Source: Candidatus Bathyarchaeota archaeon (lineage in GTDB: Archaea > Thermoproteota > Bathyarchaeia > Bathyarchaeales > DTEX01). Taken from it: a stretch of DNA of 64,000 bases. The position numbers and the translations under genes are program-made. The stretch lies in contig JAGTQF010000002.1 in the NCBI GenBank assembly GCA_018396655.1, forward strand, positions 5,962-69,961, written 5' to 3'. Position 1 is the stretch's first letter, and each line of letters begins with the position of its first letter. Below the pieces are notes generated by a model. The model ran no database searches. It was not told where the DNA came from and saw nothing but the letters and a program-made list of their open reading frames with translations. Shown one piece after another: positions 36,430 through 45,405 of the stretch.

Positions 36430-36867
36430 ATGAATGAAGAAAGCTTAACGCTAGAGAAAATGGTTAAGCTGAGAGAGAAGGTAAAAAGTAAGAAGCCAGA
36501 CTTTGTTAGACAGGAGAGCTGGCGCTATGTGCGCGTTGATGAGAGCTGGAGGAAACCTAGAGGCATAGATAGTAAGATGCGAAAGGAGGTTAAGGGCTGG
36601 CCAGCTAAAGTTAAGATTGGCTATAGAGGTCCTAAGGCTGCTAGAGGGCTTCATCCCTCAGCCCATAGAGAAGTTCTTGTCCACAATCTCGATGACCTGA
36701 GCAAAGTGGACCCGAAAACAGAAGCCATAAGGATAGCGCATACGGTTGGCGCAAAGAAGAGGGCTGAGATACTTAGAAGGGCTAAAGAGATGGGCATATA
36801 CGTTCTAAATCCAGGTGTAGCTGCTGAGGTGAAGACTAGTGAATCCAAAGAAGGTGGTCAGTCGTAA
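36430..36867 (+). CDS. rpl32e: 50S ribosomal protein L32e
   Basis: KPDFVRQESWRYVRVDESWRKPRGIDSKMR ... GYRGPKAARGLHPS. Confidence 0.9.
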   Translation: MNEESLTLEKMVKLREKVKSKKPDFVRQESWRYVRVDESWRKPRGIDSKMRKEVKGWPAKVKIGYRGPKAARGLHPSAHREVLVHNLDDLSKVDPKTEAIRIAHTVGAKKRAEILRRAKEMGIYVLNPGVAAEVKTSESKEGGQS

Positions 36868-36872
36868 TTAGT

Positions 36873-37340
36873 ATGGAGGTGCTAATGTTGAGTTTGAGGA
36901 GTCAGCGCAGAATGGCCGCTGAAATTCTTGGTGTTGGCGAGGAGAGAGTTTGGATAGACCCGGAGAGAATTGAGGAGGTTGAAGCTGCAATAACCAGGGA
37001 GGACATTAAAAGGCTAATACATGAGGGTGTGATAAGGAAGGTTAAGGAGAAAGGCGTTAGCAGGGCACGCGCAAGAATAATTCATGAAAAAAAGAAGAGG
37101 GGTAAACGTAGGGGTGTGGGGAGCAGAAGCGGTTCTATGAAGGCTAGGGTTGACCCGGATAGGGTTTGGGTTGAGAAGATTAGGGCTCTTAGAAGGAGAC
37201 TTCGTGAGCTTAAGGAGAAGCGGATTATAACAACTAGAGTTTATAGGCAGCTTTATCTGAAGGCTAAGGCTGGAGTATTTAGGTCTATTGCAGACCTTCA
37301 CCGCTACATTGAGGTTCATGGGTTAAGGAGGAGGCGATGA
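36873..37340 (+). CDS. rpl19e: 50S ribosomal protein L19e
   Basis: LRSQRRMAAEILGVGEERVWIDPE ... KKKRGKRRGVGSRSG. Confidence 0.9.
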   Translation: MEVLMLSLRSQRRMAAEILGVGEERVWIDPERIEEVEAAITREDIKRLIHEGVIRKVKEKGVSRARARIIHEKKKRGKRRGVGSRSGSMKARVDPDRVWVEKIRALRRRLRELKEKRIITTRVYRQLYLKAKAGVFRSIADLHRYIEVHGLRRRR

Positions 37341-37945
37341 TGGCTAAGGGTCCATCATACAGCGTTCCATTTAGAAGACGTAGGGAGGGTAAGACCGACT
37401 ATAGGCTTAGAAAGAAGCTTATTATTTCAAAGATGCCTAGGCTTGTTGTTAGAAAGACTGGAAGAAATATTATTGCGCAGCTTGTTAGGGCAACTGTTAT
37501 AGGCGATATTGTGATAGCTTCTGCCCACTCTTGTGAGTTAAGGAAAAAATATGGCTGGCTTGGAAGCCTAAATAATCTTCCAGCAGCATATTTAACCGGC
37601 CTATTGTGCGGCTTAAGGGCGGCTGCTAAGGGTGTTGAAAAGGCGATACTAGATATAGGATTGCATACTCCATCTAAGGGCGCGGGCGTCTTTGCTGCCA
37701 TGAAGGGCTTTGTAGACGCTGGTGTAGAGGTTCCTCATGACGAAAGCATACTTCCAGACGAATCTAGAATACGCGGTGAGCACATAGCCGAATACGCTAA
37801 AATGCTAGCCTTAGAAGACTACGAGAAATACTCGAGGTTCTTCTCGGAGTATTTAGCGAGAAACCTGCCACCGCAAAAACTTCCAGAGCACTTCAATATG
37901 ATTAGGGAGAAGATATTAGCGGATTTCGAAGCCCAGGAAAAATAG
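37337..37945 (+). CDS. rpl18: 50S ribosomal protein L18 (uL18)
   Basis: PFRRRREGKTDYRLRKKLI ... PRLVVRKTGRNIIAQL. ATGA overlap with L19e. Confidence 0.9.
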   Translation: MMAKGPSYSVPFRRRREGKTDYRLRKKLIISKMPRLVVRKTGRNIIAQLVRATVIGDIVIASAHSCELRKKYGWLGSLNNLPAAYLTGLLCGLRAAAKGVEKAILDIGLHTPSKGAGVFAAMKGFVDAGVEVPHDESILPDESRIRGEHIAEYAKMLALEDYEKYSRFFSEYLARNLPPQKLPEHFNMIREKILADFEAQEK

Positions 37946-37969
37946 AAAAGTAATGCTTAATTCGCTAAT

Positions 37970-39835
37970 TTAAGGCTTTTTCAAATCTATCTCAACATAA
38001 TATAGGTTTCCCTCAATCCTATATCTTAGGGGATAACCAGACTTTCTGAATATATGCATCATCTTTGTGTTTTCAAGTAGAACCCATGCTGTGAACTTCT
38101 TTATTCCGCGATTTTTGGCGATTTCAACAAGATAGTTGAATAATGTTGCTCCAAGCCCCTTATTCTGCCAATCATCTCTAACAACTAACGCCACCTCAGC
38201 CATATCAGTATTTGGTATACGCGAGTAGCTTCCCATAGCCACTATAACCTCATTTCCATCCTCACTTATTGTTCCAACGATGCTCATCTCATTATGGTAA
38301 TCCACGATTACATATGGCCATATGCGTCTCAGTGGCATAAGACTTAATGAGCCCAGGTATCTTCTTTTAACGCTTTCTTTTGAAAGCGCATAGAAGAAGT
38401 GCTGCTTCATGGTCGCATCGGAAGGCTTTATCGGCCTAAGCAGAACCTTTGAGCCATCCTTTAATGTGACATACCGCTTGAGCTCCTCAGGATACTCTAT
38501 CTCCGGGAAGGGCATAATCTCCTCAGGAACATAATGATATTTTTTAGCCCGCTCAAGTAGCTTATTTCTAAACTTCGGGTTTGCGATGCTTATTAGCGCT
38601 AGGGCTCTCTCCTTTATAGTTTTACCCCTAAGGTGAGCCACGCCATACTCAGTAACCACATAGTCTACATCACCCCTAGTTAAAACAACGCCAGCTCCCT
38701 TTGTCAGAAAATCTTTTATGCGCGATATCTTTCCATCTTTAGCAGTTGATGGTATAACCGTTATGGCCTTTCCACCCCTAGATAATCTAGCACCCCTCAT
38801 GAAATCTGCCTGCCCGCCCAATCCACTATAGAACCTATAACCAAGCGAGTCCGAGCAGACCTGTCCAGTTAAGTCTACTTCAAGCGCCTGATTTATCGCA
38901 ACCATCTTGTCGTGCTGGCTTATTATAAATGGGTTATTTACATAATCAGAGGGATGAAACTCAACCATCGGGTTATTATTTATGAAGTCGTAGAGTTTCC
39001 GCGTTCCCATAGCGAATGACGCCACTATTTTACCCCGATTAATCGTCTTCTTCGCGCATGTTATTACACCCTCCTCAACTAAGTCTACAACTCCCTCTGT
39101 CAGCAGCTCCGTATGTATTCCTAAATCTTTCTTGTCCACTAAGGAATCTAGTATTGCATCAGGTATGCTGCCTATCCCTATTTGAAGGGTTGATTCATCC
39201 TCAATAAGCTCTGAGACGTATCTTGCTATGCGCTCTGATACTATGTCTGGTTCTGGGCGGGGGGCTTCAAGGATGGGTTCATCATGCTCAACAATAATAT
39301 CAATATCCTTTATATGTATGAAGCTGTCTCCTAAAACCCTAGGCATCCTCCTATTAACCTGCGCTATAACGAGCTTAGCTCTTTCAGCAGCAGCCTTTGT
39401 AACATCAACTGATACGCCTAGGCTGCAGAATCCATGCTCATCAGGAGGTGTAACCTGTATTAGCGCTACATCAATTTGAACCATGCCCCTCTTTATTAAG
39501 TATGGTAGGTCAAAGAGGAATGTGGGTGTATAATCTGCTCTACCCTCAGCTACTGCTTTACGAGTGTTGATTCCAACGAAGAACGCATTCATGCGGAACC
39601 TATTCGAATACATTGGCTTAGCATATGGGGCAACACCGAGCGTATGCACATGAAGTATCTCATTATCCGCTAAATGGTCAGCCTTCTCAACTAAACCTCT
39701 AACAAGATATTGAGGCTCACCGCATGCTGAACCTATGAAAATATGGTCTCCAGTCTTTATGTAGCTTAGCGCCTCAGTTAAGCTCATCTTCTTATCATCA
39801 TACGACCTATTACGTAGCTGTTCCTCCTTAACCAT
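37970..39835 (-). CDS. acetyl-CoA hydrolase/transferase-family CoA-transferase fused to a C-terminal Pat-type GNAT domain
   Basis: The N-terminal ~430 aa carry DLGIHTELLTEG (GIHTE catalytic-Glu motif) and SGLGGQADF (GxGGxxD). The C-terminal ~170 aa carry LLRPIKPSDATMKQHFFYALSKESVKRRY ... AEVALVVRDDWQNKGLGATLFNYLVEIAKNRGIKKFTAWVLLENTKMMHIF. Confidence 0.8.
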   Translation of the reverse strand: MVKEEQLRNRSYDDKKMSLTEALSYIKTGDHIFIGSACGEPQYLVRGLVEKADHLADNEILHVHTLGVAPYAKPMYSNRFRMNAFFVGINTRKAVAEGRADYTPTFLFDLPYLIKRGMVQIDVALIQVTPPDEHGFCSLGVSVDVTKAAAERAKLVIAQVNRRMPRVLGDSFIHIKDIDIIVEHDEPILEAPRPEPDIVSERIARYVSELIEDESTLQIGIGSIPDAILDSLVDKKDLGIHTELLTEGVVDLVEEGVITCAKKTINRGKIVASFAMGTRKLYDFINNNPMVEFHPSDYVNNPFIISQHDKMVAINQALEVDLTGQVCSDSLGYRFYSGLGGQADFMRGARLSRGGKAITVIPSTAKDGKISRIKDFLTKGAGVVLTRGDVDYVVTEYGVAHLRGKTIKERALALISIANPKFRNKLLERAKKYHYVPEEIMPFPEIEYPEELKRYVTLKDGSKVLLRPIKPSDATMKQHFFYALSKESVKRRYLGSLSLMPLRRIWPYVIVDYHNEMSIVGTISEDGNEVIVAMGSYSRIPNTDMAEVALVVRDDWQNKGLGATLFNYLVEIAKNRGIKKFTAWVLLENTKMMHIFRKSGYPLRYRIEGNLYYVEIDLKKP

Positions 39836-39931
39836 TTAGGTCCCACTTTTACCTTAAACTCTAGCAATAAATATTGATGGCGCTAGGTATATATTCACCG
39901 TTAATCTTAACGATAGTAAAGCCAACATTTA

Positions 39932-42058
39932 ATGTTGGGCTTAAGAGGGCGGCTCATGAAGCTCGAGGCCTTCTTCAATCCAAGGACCATAGCGGTTATA
40001 GGCGTCAGTAGAGAGCCATGGAAAGTTGGGCATAGAATATTTAGAAATATTGTTGAATCAGGTTTTAGTGGGGGGCTATATCCAATAAACCCAAACGCTG
40101 ACGAAATACTGGGCTTTAAATGCTACAAAAGCGTCAAGGATGTTCCAAGCGATGTTGACTTAGCGGTTGTGGTTGTTCCAGCAAAGATTGTCCCATCGGT
40201 TATTGAGGACTGCGGCGTGAAGGGTGTGAAAGGTGTTGTTGTTATATCGGCTGGCTTCGGAGAAACCGGCAGAGAGGGCGCGCAATTAGAGCGTGAAATA
40301 GTCAATATATGCAGAAGATATGGTATGCGGCTGCAGGGACCCAACTGCCTAGGTATAATAAGCGTTCAGAGCCGTGTGAATGCTTCTTTTGCGCCAGCCA
40401 TGCCTATACCAGGAAATATCGCCTTTGTCTCGCAAAGCGGTGCCATTGGAAGCACGATATTGAATTGGGCAGTTAGAAACGAGATTGGTTTCACTAAGTT
40501 TATAAGCCTGGGGAACGAAGCCGACTTAAATGCCGCCGACTTCATAGAGGCTCTAGGTGAAGATGAGGAGACAAAGGTAATTGGGCTCTATATTGAGGGC
40601 GTTAAGGAGGGCGCGCGTTTCATAGAAGTTGCTAGAAAAGTGACGCGAAAAAAGCCTATAATAGCCATAAAAGCTGGAACAACGGATGCTGGTATAAGGG
40701 CAGTTTCATCCCACACGGGCTCATTAGCAGGTTCAGACGTAGCCTTTTCTGCAGCCTTTAGAAAGGCTGGAATAATAAGAGTTAGCACCCTAGAGGAACT
40801 CTTTAATTTGGTTTTAGCATTTGGTTCACAGCCAATCCCAGAAGGAAAAAGGACTTTAATAGTGACGAATGGGGGTGGCCCGGGAATATTGGCCGCGGAT
40901 GCTTGCGAAAAGTTGGGTTTAGAGCTACCGCTCCTAGAATACGAGATTATTGAAGAGCTCCGAAAGGCTATGCCCTTACATGCGAGCTTAGGTAATCCGC
41001 TAGATGTTTTGGGCGATGCTGACGAGAACCGCTACAAGATAGCTTTGGAGGCTGGCTTGAGGAGCAGTAATATTGATGGAATAATCGTTATTTTAACACC
41101 GCAAGCTGTGACACCATGCGATAAGATTGCTGAGGTAGTAGCTAGATTAGGTGGCTTCTCAAATAAGCCTATAATTGCATCTTTCATGGGACTTGAGGAT
41201 AATTCACCAGCAATCAAAATGCTTAAGAGGAATAGAATTCCAAATTATCACTTTCCAGAATTAGCCGTCTACGCCTTAAAATCAATGTATGACTACAGCC
41301 TTATAATGAGCATGCCAATTGAGGAGCAAATTCCACGTATAGAGGTTGATGAGGATAAGATTCGGGGAGTTATTGAGAGGGCACGCATAGAGAACCGCCT
41401 AAGCCTAACGATTGATGAGGCCATGATAATCGCTGAGGCGTCTGGAATACCAATGCCAAAGGCATCTATAGCTAGGAGCAAAGAGGAGGCGGGTATTATA
41501 GCCGATAATATAGGTTATCCAGTAGTTATGAAGATTGTTTCACCAGACATAATTCACAAAACAGATATAGGTGGAGTTATTCTAGGCGTTAAGAGTCGAA
41601 CTGAAGTAGAAGAAAATTATGAGACTCTCATTAGAAGAGCCCGTTCAGCAATGCCCGGAGCTAAGATTAATGGCGTCTTAGTGCAGAGGATGGCCCCACC
41701 TGGAAAAGAGGTTATTGTCGGTGCCGTTAGGGATATGCAGTTTGGCCCCTTATTAATGTTTGGTTTAGGGGGAATTTATGTTAATTTCTTAAGGGATGTA
41801 TCATACCGCTTATGTCCATTAACTAGAGCTGAGGCTGCTGGAATGATTGAGGAGACTAAGGCGTATGCGCTTCTTAGGGGTGTTAGGGGTGAGCTACCCT
41901 CAGATATAGACTCGGTTATAGATGTTATGCTCAGAGTCTCACATGTTATGACCAGGTTTAGGGAGATTTCTGAGATGGAAATTAATCCCCTGTTTGTCTA
42001 TGAGAGTGGTGAGGGGTGTGTTGGGGTAGATATAAGAGTGACGATTAGTAGATTATAA
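39932..42058 (+). CDS. ADP-forming acetyl/acyl-CoA synthetase (fused alpha-beta ACD, NDP-forming family)
   Basis: CoA-binding N-terminus PRTIAVIGVSREPWKVGH, phosphohistidine loop VSSHTGSLAGSD and a C-terminal ATP-grasp domain (GYPVVMKIVSPDIIHKTDIGGV). Confidence 0.85.
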   Translation: MLGLRGRLMKLEAFFNPRTIAVIGVSREPWKVGHRIFRNIVESGFSGGLYPINPNADEILGFKCYKSVKDVPSDVDLAVVVVPAKIVPSVIEDCGVKGVKGVVVISAGFGETGREGAQLEREIVNICRRYGMRLQGPNCLGIISVQSRVNASFAPAMPIPGNIAFVSQSGAIGSTILNWAVRNEIGFTKFISLGNEADLNAADFIEALGEDEETKVIGLYIEGVKEGARFIEVARKVTRKKPIIAIKAGTTDAGIRAVSSHTGSLAGSDVAFSAAFRKAGIIRVSTLEELFNLVLAFGSQPIPEGKRTLIVTNGGGPGILAADACEKLGLELPLLEYEIIEELRKAMPLHASLGNPLDVLGDADENRYKIALEAGLRSSNIDGIIVILTPQAVTPCDKIAEVVARLGGFSNKPIIASFMGLEDNSPAIKMLKRNRIPNYHFPELAVYALKSMYDYSLIMSMPIEEQIPRIEVDEDKIRGVIERARIENRLSLTIDEAMIIAEASGIPMPKASIARSKEEAGIIADNIGYPVVMKIVSPDIIHKTDIGGVILGVKSRTEVEENYETLIRRARSAMPGAKINGVLVQRMAPPGKEVIVGAVRDMQFGPLLMFGLGGIYVNFLRDVSYRLCPLTRAEAAGMIEETKAYALLRGVRGELPSDIDSVIDVMLRVSHVMTRFREISEMEINPLFVYESGEGCVGVDIRVTISRL

Positions 42059-42083
42059 TATGTATAAGGGTTAGGGATGAAAA

Positions 42084-43154
42084 ATGGTTGAGAGAGCAAT
42101 ATATATTGCATCAACAGAGGAGTTTTCTGGAAAGAGCGCAATTATAATTGCATTAGCCTCTATAGCTACAGAGATGGGAAAAAAGGTTGGATACTTTAAA
42201 CCAATAGGCGTTAAAGAATCATTTGTTCCAGGCAGAGAGCATTTAGACGAAGATACTGAAATAATGAGGGCAATCTTGAGACTTAAACATGAGAATAGCA
42301 CGATATGCCCACTTATAATTGAGAGGGAAGAGTTTCTTGAAAGCTTCATGGAAGCCGATGTCTCATCATATATTGAGAGCATAAAAGTGGCGTATAGGAA
42401 GGCCTCAGAGGATGTAGATATAATGTTAATTGAGGGGCCGCATAGTTTTTCAATAGGTGCTTTCATAGAATGCTCTGTTCCAAGGCTTGCAGGAATCTTA
42501 GGAGCCAATATACTTCTTGTTGAAAGATTTAGCGATGACTCCGTTGTAGACGATGTGTTACAAGCCCAAGACTGCTGCATTAAATGGGGAACCAAGCTGC
42601 TCGGGGTAATATTGAACCGTATCCCCCTAGAAAGGATGGAACGAGCTGAGCGTGTAGTTAAGCCATTTATTGAGAAATATGACATCAGGGTTTTAGGCTT
42701 GATTCCGGAAGACAAGAACCTAAGTGCTCCAACAGTTAGGGAGATATGCGATTTCATTGGTGGTAGAGTGTTGGCTGGAAGAGATGGGCTTGATAGGGTT
42801 ATTGAAGCTGTTCTTGTTGGTGCAATGACACCGGATAGCGCAGCCAAATACTTCCGTAAGGTTGCAAACGAGATTGTTATCACTGGTGGTGACAGAACAG
42901 ACATAATCTTAACAGCCCTTGAAACCGACGTCTCAGCCATAATTCTGACTGGAAATCTATATCCAAGCGTCAAGGTTTTTCCAAAAGCGGACCAGCTTAA
43001 GGTTCCGCTCATATTGGTGCCATATGATACTTACACAACCCTCCAGTATATCCAGAAGATTATTGGTAGAATAAAGCCCGGGGACCCGAGGAGAGTAGGC
43101 GCTGCCATAAACCTTGTTAAGAAGCATGTTGACTGGGAGCGAATATTGAGATAG
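42084..43154 (+). CDS. stand-alone phosphotransacetylase N-terminal-like protein (BioD-like P-loop fold plus DRTGG domain)
   Basis: IYIASTEEFSGKSAIIIALA...GYFKPIG then VITGGDRTDIILTALETDVSAIILTG (DRTGG motif). No PTA_PTB catalytic domain. Starts 25 nt after the ACD stop. Confidence 0.75.
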   Translation: MVERAIYIASTEEFSGKSAIIIALASIATEMGKKVGYFKPIGVKESFVPGREHLDEDTEIMRAILRLKHENSTICPLIIEREEFLESFMEADVSSYIESIKVAYRKASEDVDIMLIEGPHSFSIGAFIECSVPRLAGILGANILLVERFSDDSVVDDVLQAQDCCIKWGTKLLGVILNRIPLERMERAERVVKPFIEKYDIRVLGLIPEDKNLSAPTVREICDFIGGRVLAGRDGLDRVIEAVLVGAMTPDSAAKYFRKVANEIVITGGDRTDIILTALETDVSAIILTGNLYPSVKVFPKADQLKVPLILVPYDTYTTLQYIQKIIGRIKPGDPRRVGAAINLVKKHVDWERILR

Positions 43155-43249
43155 ATAGCTTTAAGCAGATTTGCTCATGTAAGCCTCTCATCGGCACGCA
43201 TAATGGCTTAAATATAGAGAACGCGATATCCTAACACTCTACGGCGAGA

Positions 43250-45052
43250 GTGATTGACTTGGAGATGCAAACTCGAATAAGACAGCCAATAGTTTGCGTT
43301 CTCGGCCATGTTGATACTGGAAAAACTCTTCTTTTAGACCAGATTAGAAAGACAAGCGTCCAGGCCCGCGAAGTTGGTGGAATGACTCAACATATAGGTG
43401 CAAGCTTCTTTCCAATTGAAACGCTTAGGGAGATTGCGGGTCCATTCCTTAAAATGATTGGTGGAGAGATACGCATACCAGGCCTTCTTGTGATTGATAC
43501 TCCTGGGCATGAAGCGTTTGCTAACCTTAGACGTAGAGGCGGCGGGATAGCTGATATAGCAATACTTGTCATAGATGTTTTGAAGGGCTTTGAGGCTCAA
43601 ACATATGAGGTTATTGAGATTCTTAGGTCGAGAAAAACCCCGTTTCTAGTGGCTGTAAACAAAATTGATAGGATTCCAGGTTGGAGGTCGTATCCAAATG
43701 CGCCATTTTTAGAGTCTTATAGGATGCAGGAGCCAGCTGTCAAGCAGGAGCTGGACGAACACTTATATAGGATTATTGGAGAGTTCTCCAGGTTATCTTT
43801 TAGGGCTGATAGGTTTGATAGGATAAGGGATTTTACGAGAACTGTTGCGCTCATTCCGACAAGCGCGAAGACTGGAGAGGGCATACCAGAATTAATCGCG
43901 GTCTTAGCGGGTCTAACGCAGCAGTATCTCCAGAAGAGACTTCAAACGACAAGCGGTCCGGCTAAAGGCACTATTCTAGAGGTTAGAGAGGAGGTTGGCT
44001 TAGGGGTAACTGTGAATGCTATAATTTATGATGGTATTCTTAGAAGGGGCGATATAATAGTTTTGGGCGGCAAGGAGAAGCCGATCGTAACGACTGTTCG
44101 TGCGATATTGATGCCTAAACCTCTCGATGAGATAAGAGACCCTCGTGAAAAGTTCTCGTCAGTTGAGGAGGTTTCTGCAGCAGCTGGGGTTAAGATTGTT
44201 GCACCAAATCTTGAGGATGCTCTCGCCGGAGCACCAATCTACGCCGTTCCATCGGAGGATAAGATAGGCGAGTATATTAAGGAGGTTTCTGAGGAAATCG
44301 AGAAAATACGCATATTAACCGAGATTGATGGTGTTGTTTTAAAGGCTGATGCCTTAGGTTCTCTAGAGGCCATAGCTGAGAGCCTAACTAGGAATGGTGT
44401 TCCTATTAGGCTGGCGGATGTGGGCGATGTCTCAAAGAGGGATGTAATGGAGGCTCTAATAGTTAGGGAGAAAGAACCATTATACGGCGTTATACTAGCG
44501 TTTAATGTTAAAGTTTTGCCGGATGCTGAGGAGGAGGCCAAAACCCATCATATACCAATATTCTGGCATAACATCATCTATCACTTGATTGATGATTACT
44601 TGAAGTGGATGAAGAGCGAGAAAGAAACACGGGAAAGAAGTGAGTTCGAGAGACTAATAAAGCCAGCTAAAATAAGAGTTCTGCCCGGCTACGTATTCCG
44701 TAGGTCTAAGCCAGCAATATTCGGTGTGGAGATTTTGGCCGGGCATATCAAGCCTAGAATGAGACTTATGACCGCTGAGGGGAGAGATGTTGGCGAGATA
44801 CTGCAGATACAGGATAAGGGTGCACCTATATCATACGCTGAGAAGGGAAGGCAGGTTGCCATATCAATGGATAAGCCTGTAGTCGGGAGGCATTTTGATG
44901 AGGGCGACATACTTTATGCTGTTATCCCGGAGCAGCATGCACGACTACTAAATACGAAATTTAAGGAGCGATTAAGTAGTGATGAAATAGAAACACTAAA
45001 TGAAATAATTACGATGATGAGGAAGAGTATGCCGCTTTGGGCTTCTGGCTAA
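43250..45052 (+). CDS. infB: translation initiation factor aIF5B (IF-2)
   Basis: G1 VLGHVDTGKTLLLD, G3 IDTPGHEAF and G4 VNKIDR. The 600-aa archaeal aIF5B layout. Confidence 0.95.
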   Translation: MIDLEMQTRIRQPIVCVLGHVDTGKTLLLDQIRKTSVQAREVGGMTQHIGASFFPIETLREIAGPFLKMIGGEIRIPGLLVIDTPGHEAFANLRRRGGGIADIAILVIDVLKGFEAQTYEVIEILRSRKTPFLVAVNKIDRIPGWRSYPNAPFLESYRMQEPAVKQELDEHLYRIIGEFSRLSFRADRFDRIRDFTRTVALIPTSAKTGEGIPELIAVLAGLTQQYLQKRLQTTSGPAKGTILEVREEVGLGVTVNAIIYDGILRRGDIIVLGGKEKPIVTTVRAILMPKPLDEIRDPREKFSSVEEVSAAAGVKIVAPNLEDALAGAPIYAVPSEDKIGEYIKEVSEEIEKIRILTEIDGVVLKADALGSLEAIAESLTRNGVPIRLADVGDVSKRDVMEALIVREKEPLYGVILAFNVKVLPDAEEEAKTHHIPIFWHNIIYHLIDDYLKWMKSEKETRERSEFERLIKPAKIRVLPGYVFRRSKPAIFGVEILAGHIKPRMRLMTAEGRDVGEILQIQDKGAPISYAEKGRQVAISMDKPVVGRHFDEGDILYAVIPEQHARLLNTKFKERLSSDEIETLNEIITMMRKSMPLWASG

Positions 45053-45129
45053 TAGAATTTTAAGATGTTGCTTATCCAGCATAAAAGATATTAGGGTTAG
45101 ACATATAACATTTATAAAGGGTTCTTGTA

Positions 45130-45405
45130 GTGCCCAGCCATGGAACAAAAATATTTCAGGTTATACTTTTGATAATCACATTTATTATCATAGGCTATTT
45201 GTGGTTCATATTTCTGCCGCAGTTTGAGGGTAAAGTTGAGTATCCCTCCATGAGAATAATTGTTCTCCTCGTAATTCTGTTGCTGATATTGGCTGCTGGA
45301 GCACAAATAATTCTGTTAAGAAGGCCTCCTAAATATGAGGAGTTTAATGAGTTCGGCCAGTTTGACTATAAATTCTACCTGAATGTAACATGCTCTCTTC
45401 TCTGA
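45130..45405 (+). CDS. small two-helix membrane protein, hypothetical
   Basis: VILLIITFIIIGYLWFIFL and IIVLLVILLLILAAGAQIILL. GTG start. The 3' end overlaps the convergent kinase gene by 31 nt. Confidence 0.35.
   Translation: MPSHGTKIFQVILLIITFIIIGYLWFIFLPQFEGKVEYPSMRIIVLLVILLLILAAGAQIILLRRPPKYEEFNEFGQFDYKFYLNVTCSLL

Noticed and set aside
42071-43012. A 313-aa ORF entirely antisense to the DRTGG/Pta-N-like gene. It is strikingly long for an antisense frame.
   Set aside because: Its product is Ser/Leu/Thr/Ile-rich low-information sequence, as expected from reading a Glu/Lys/Asp/Ile-rich gene backwards. The sense strand carries clear family motifs (GYFKPIG, DRTGG). No SD or promoter is evident. 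I treat it as a shadow ORF, though the lack of stops is statistically unusual.
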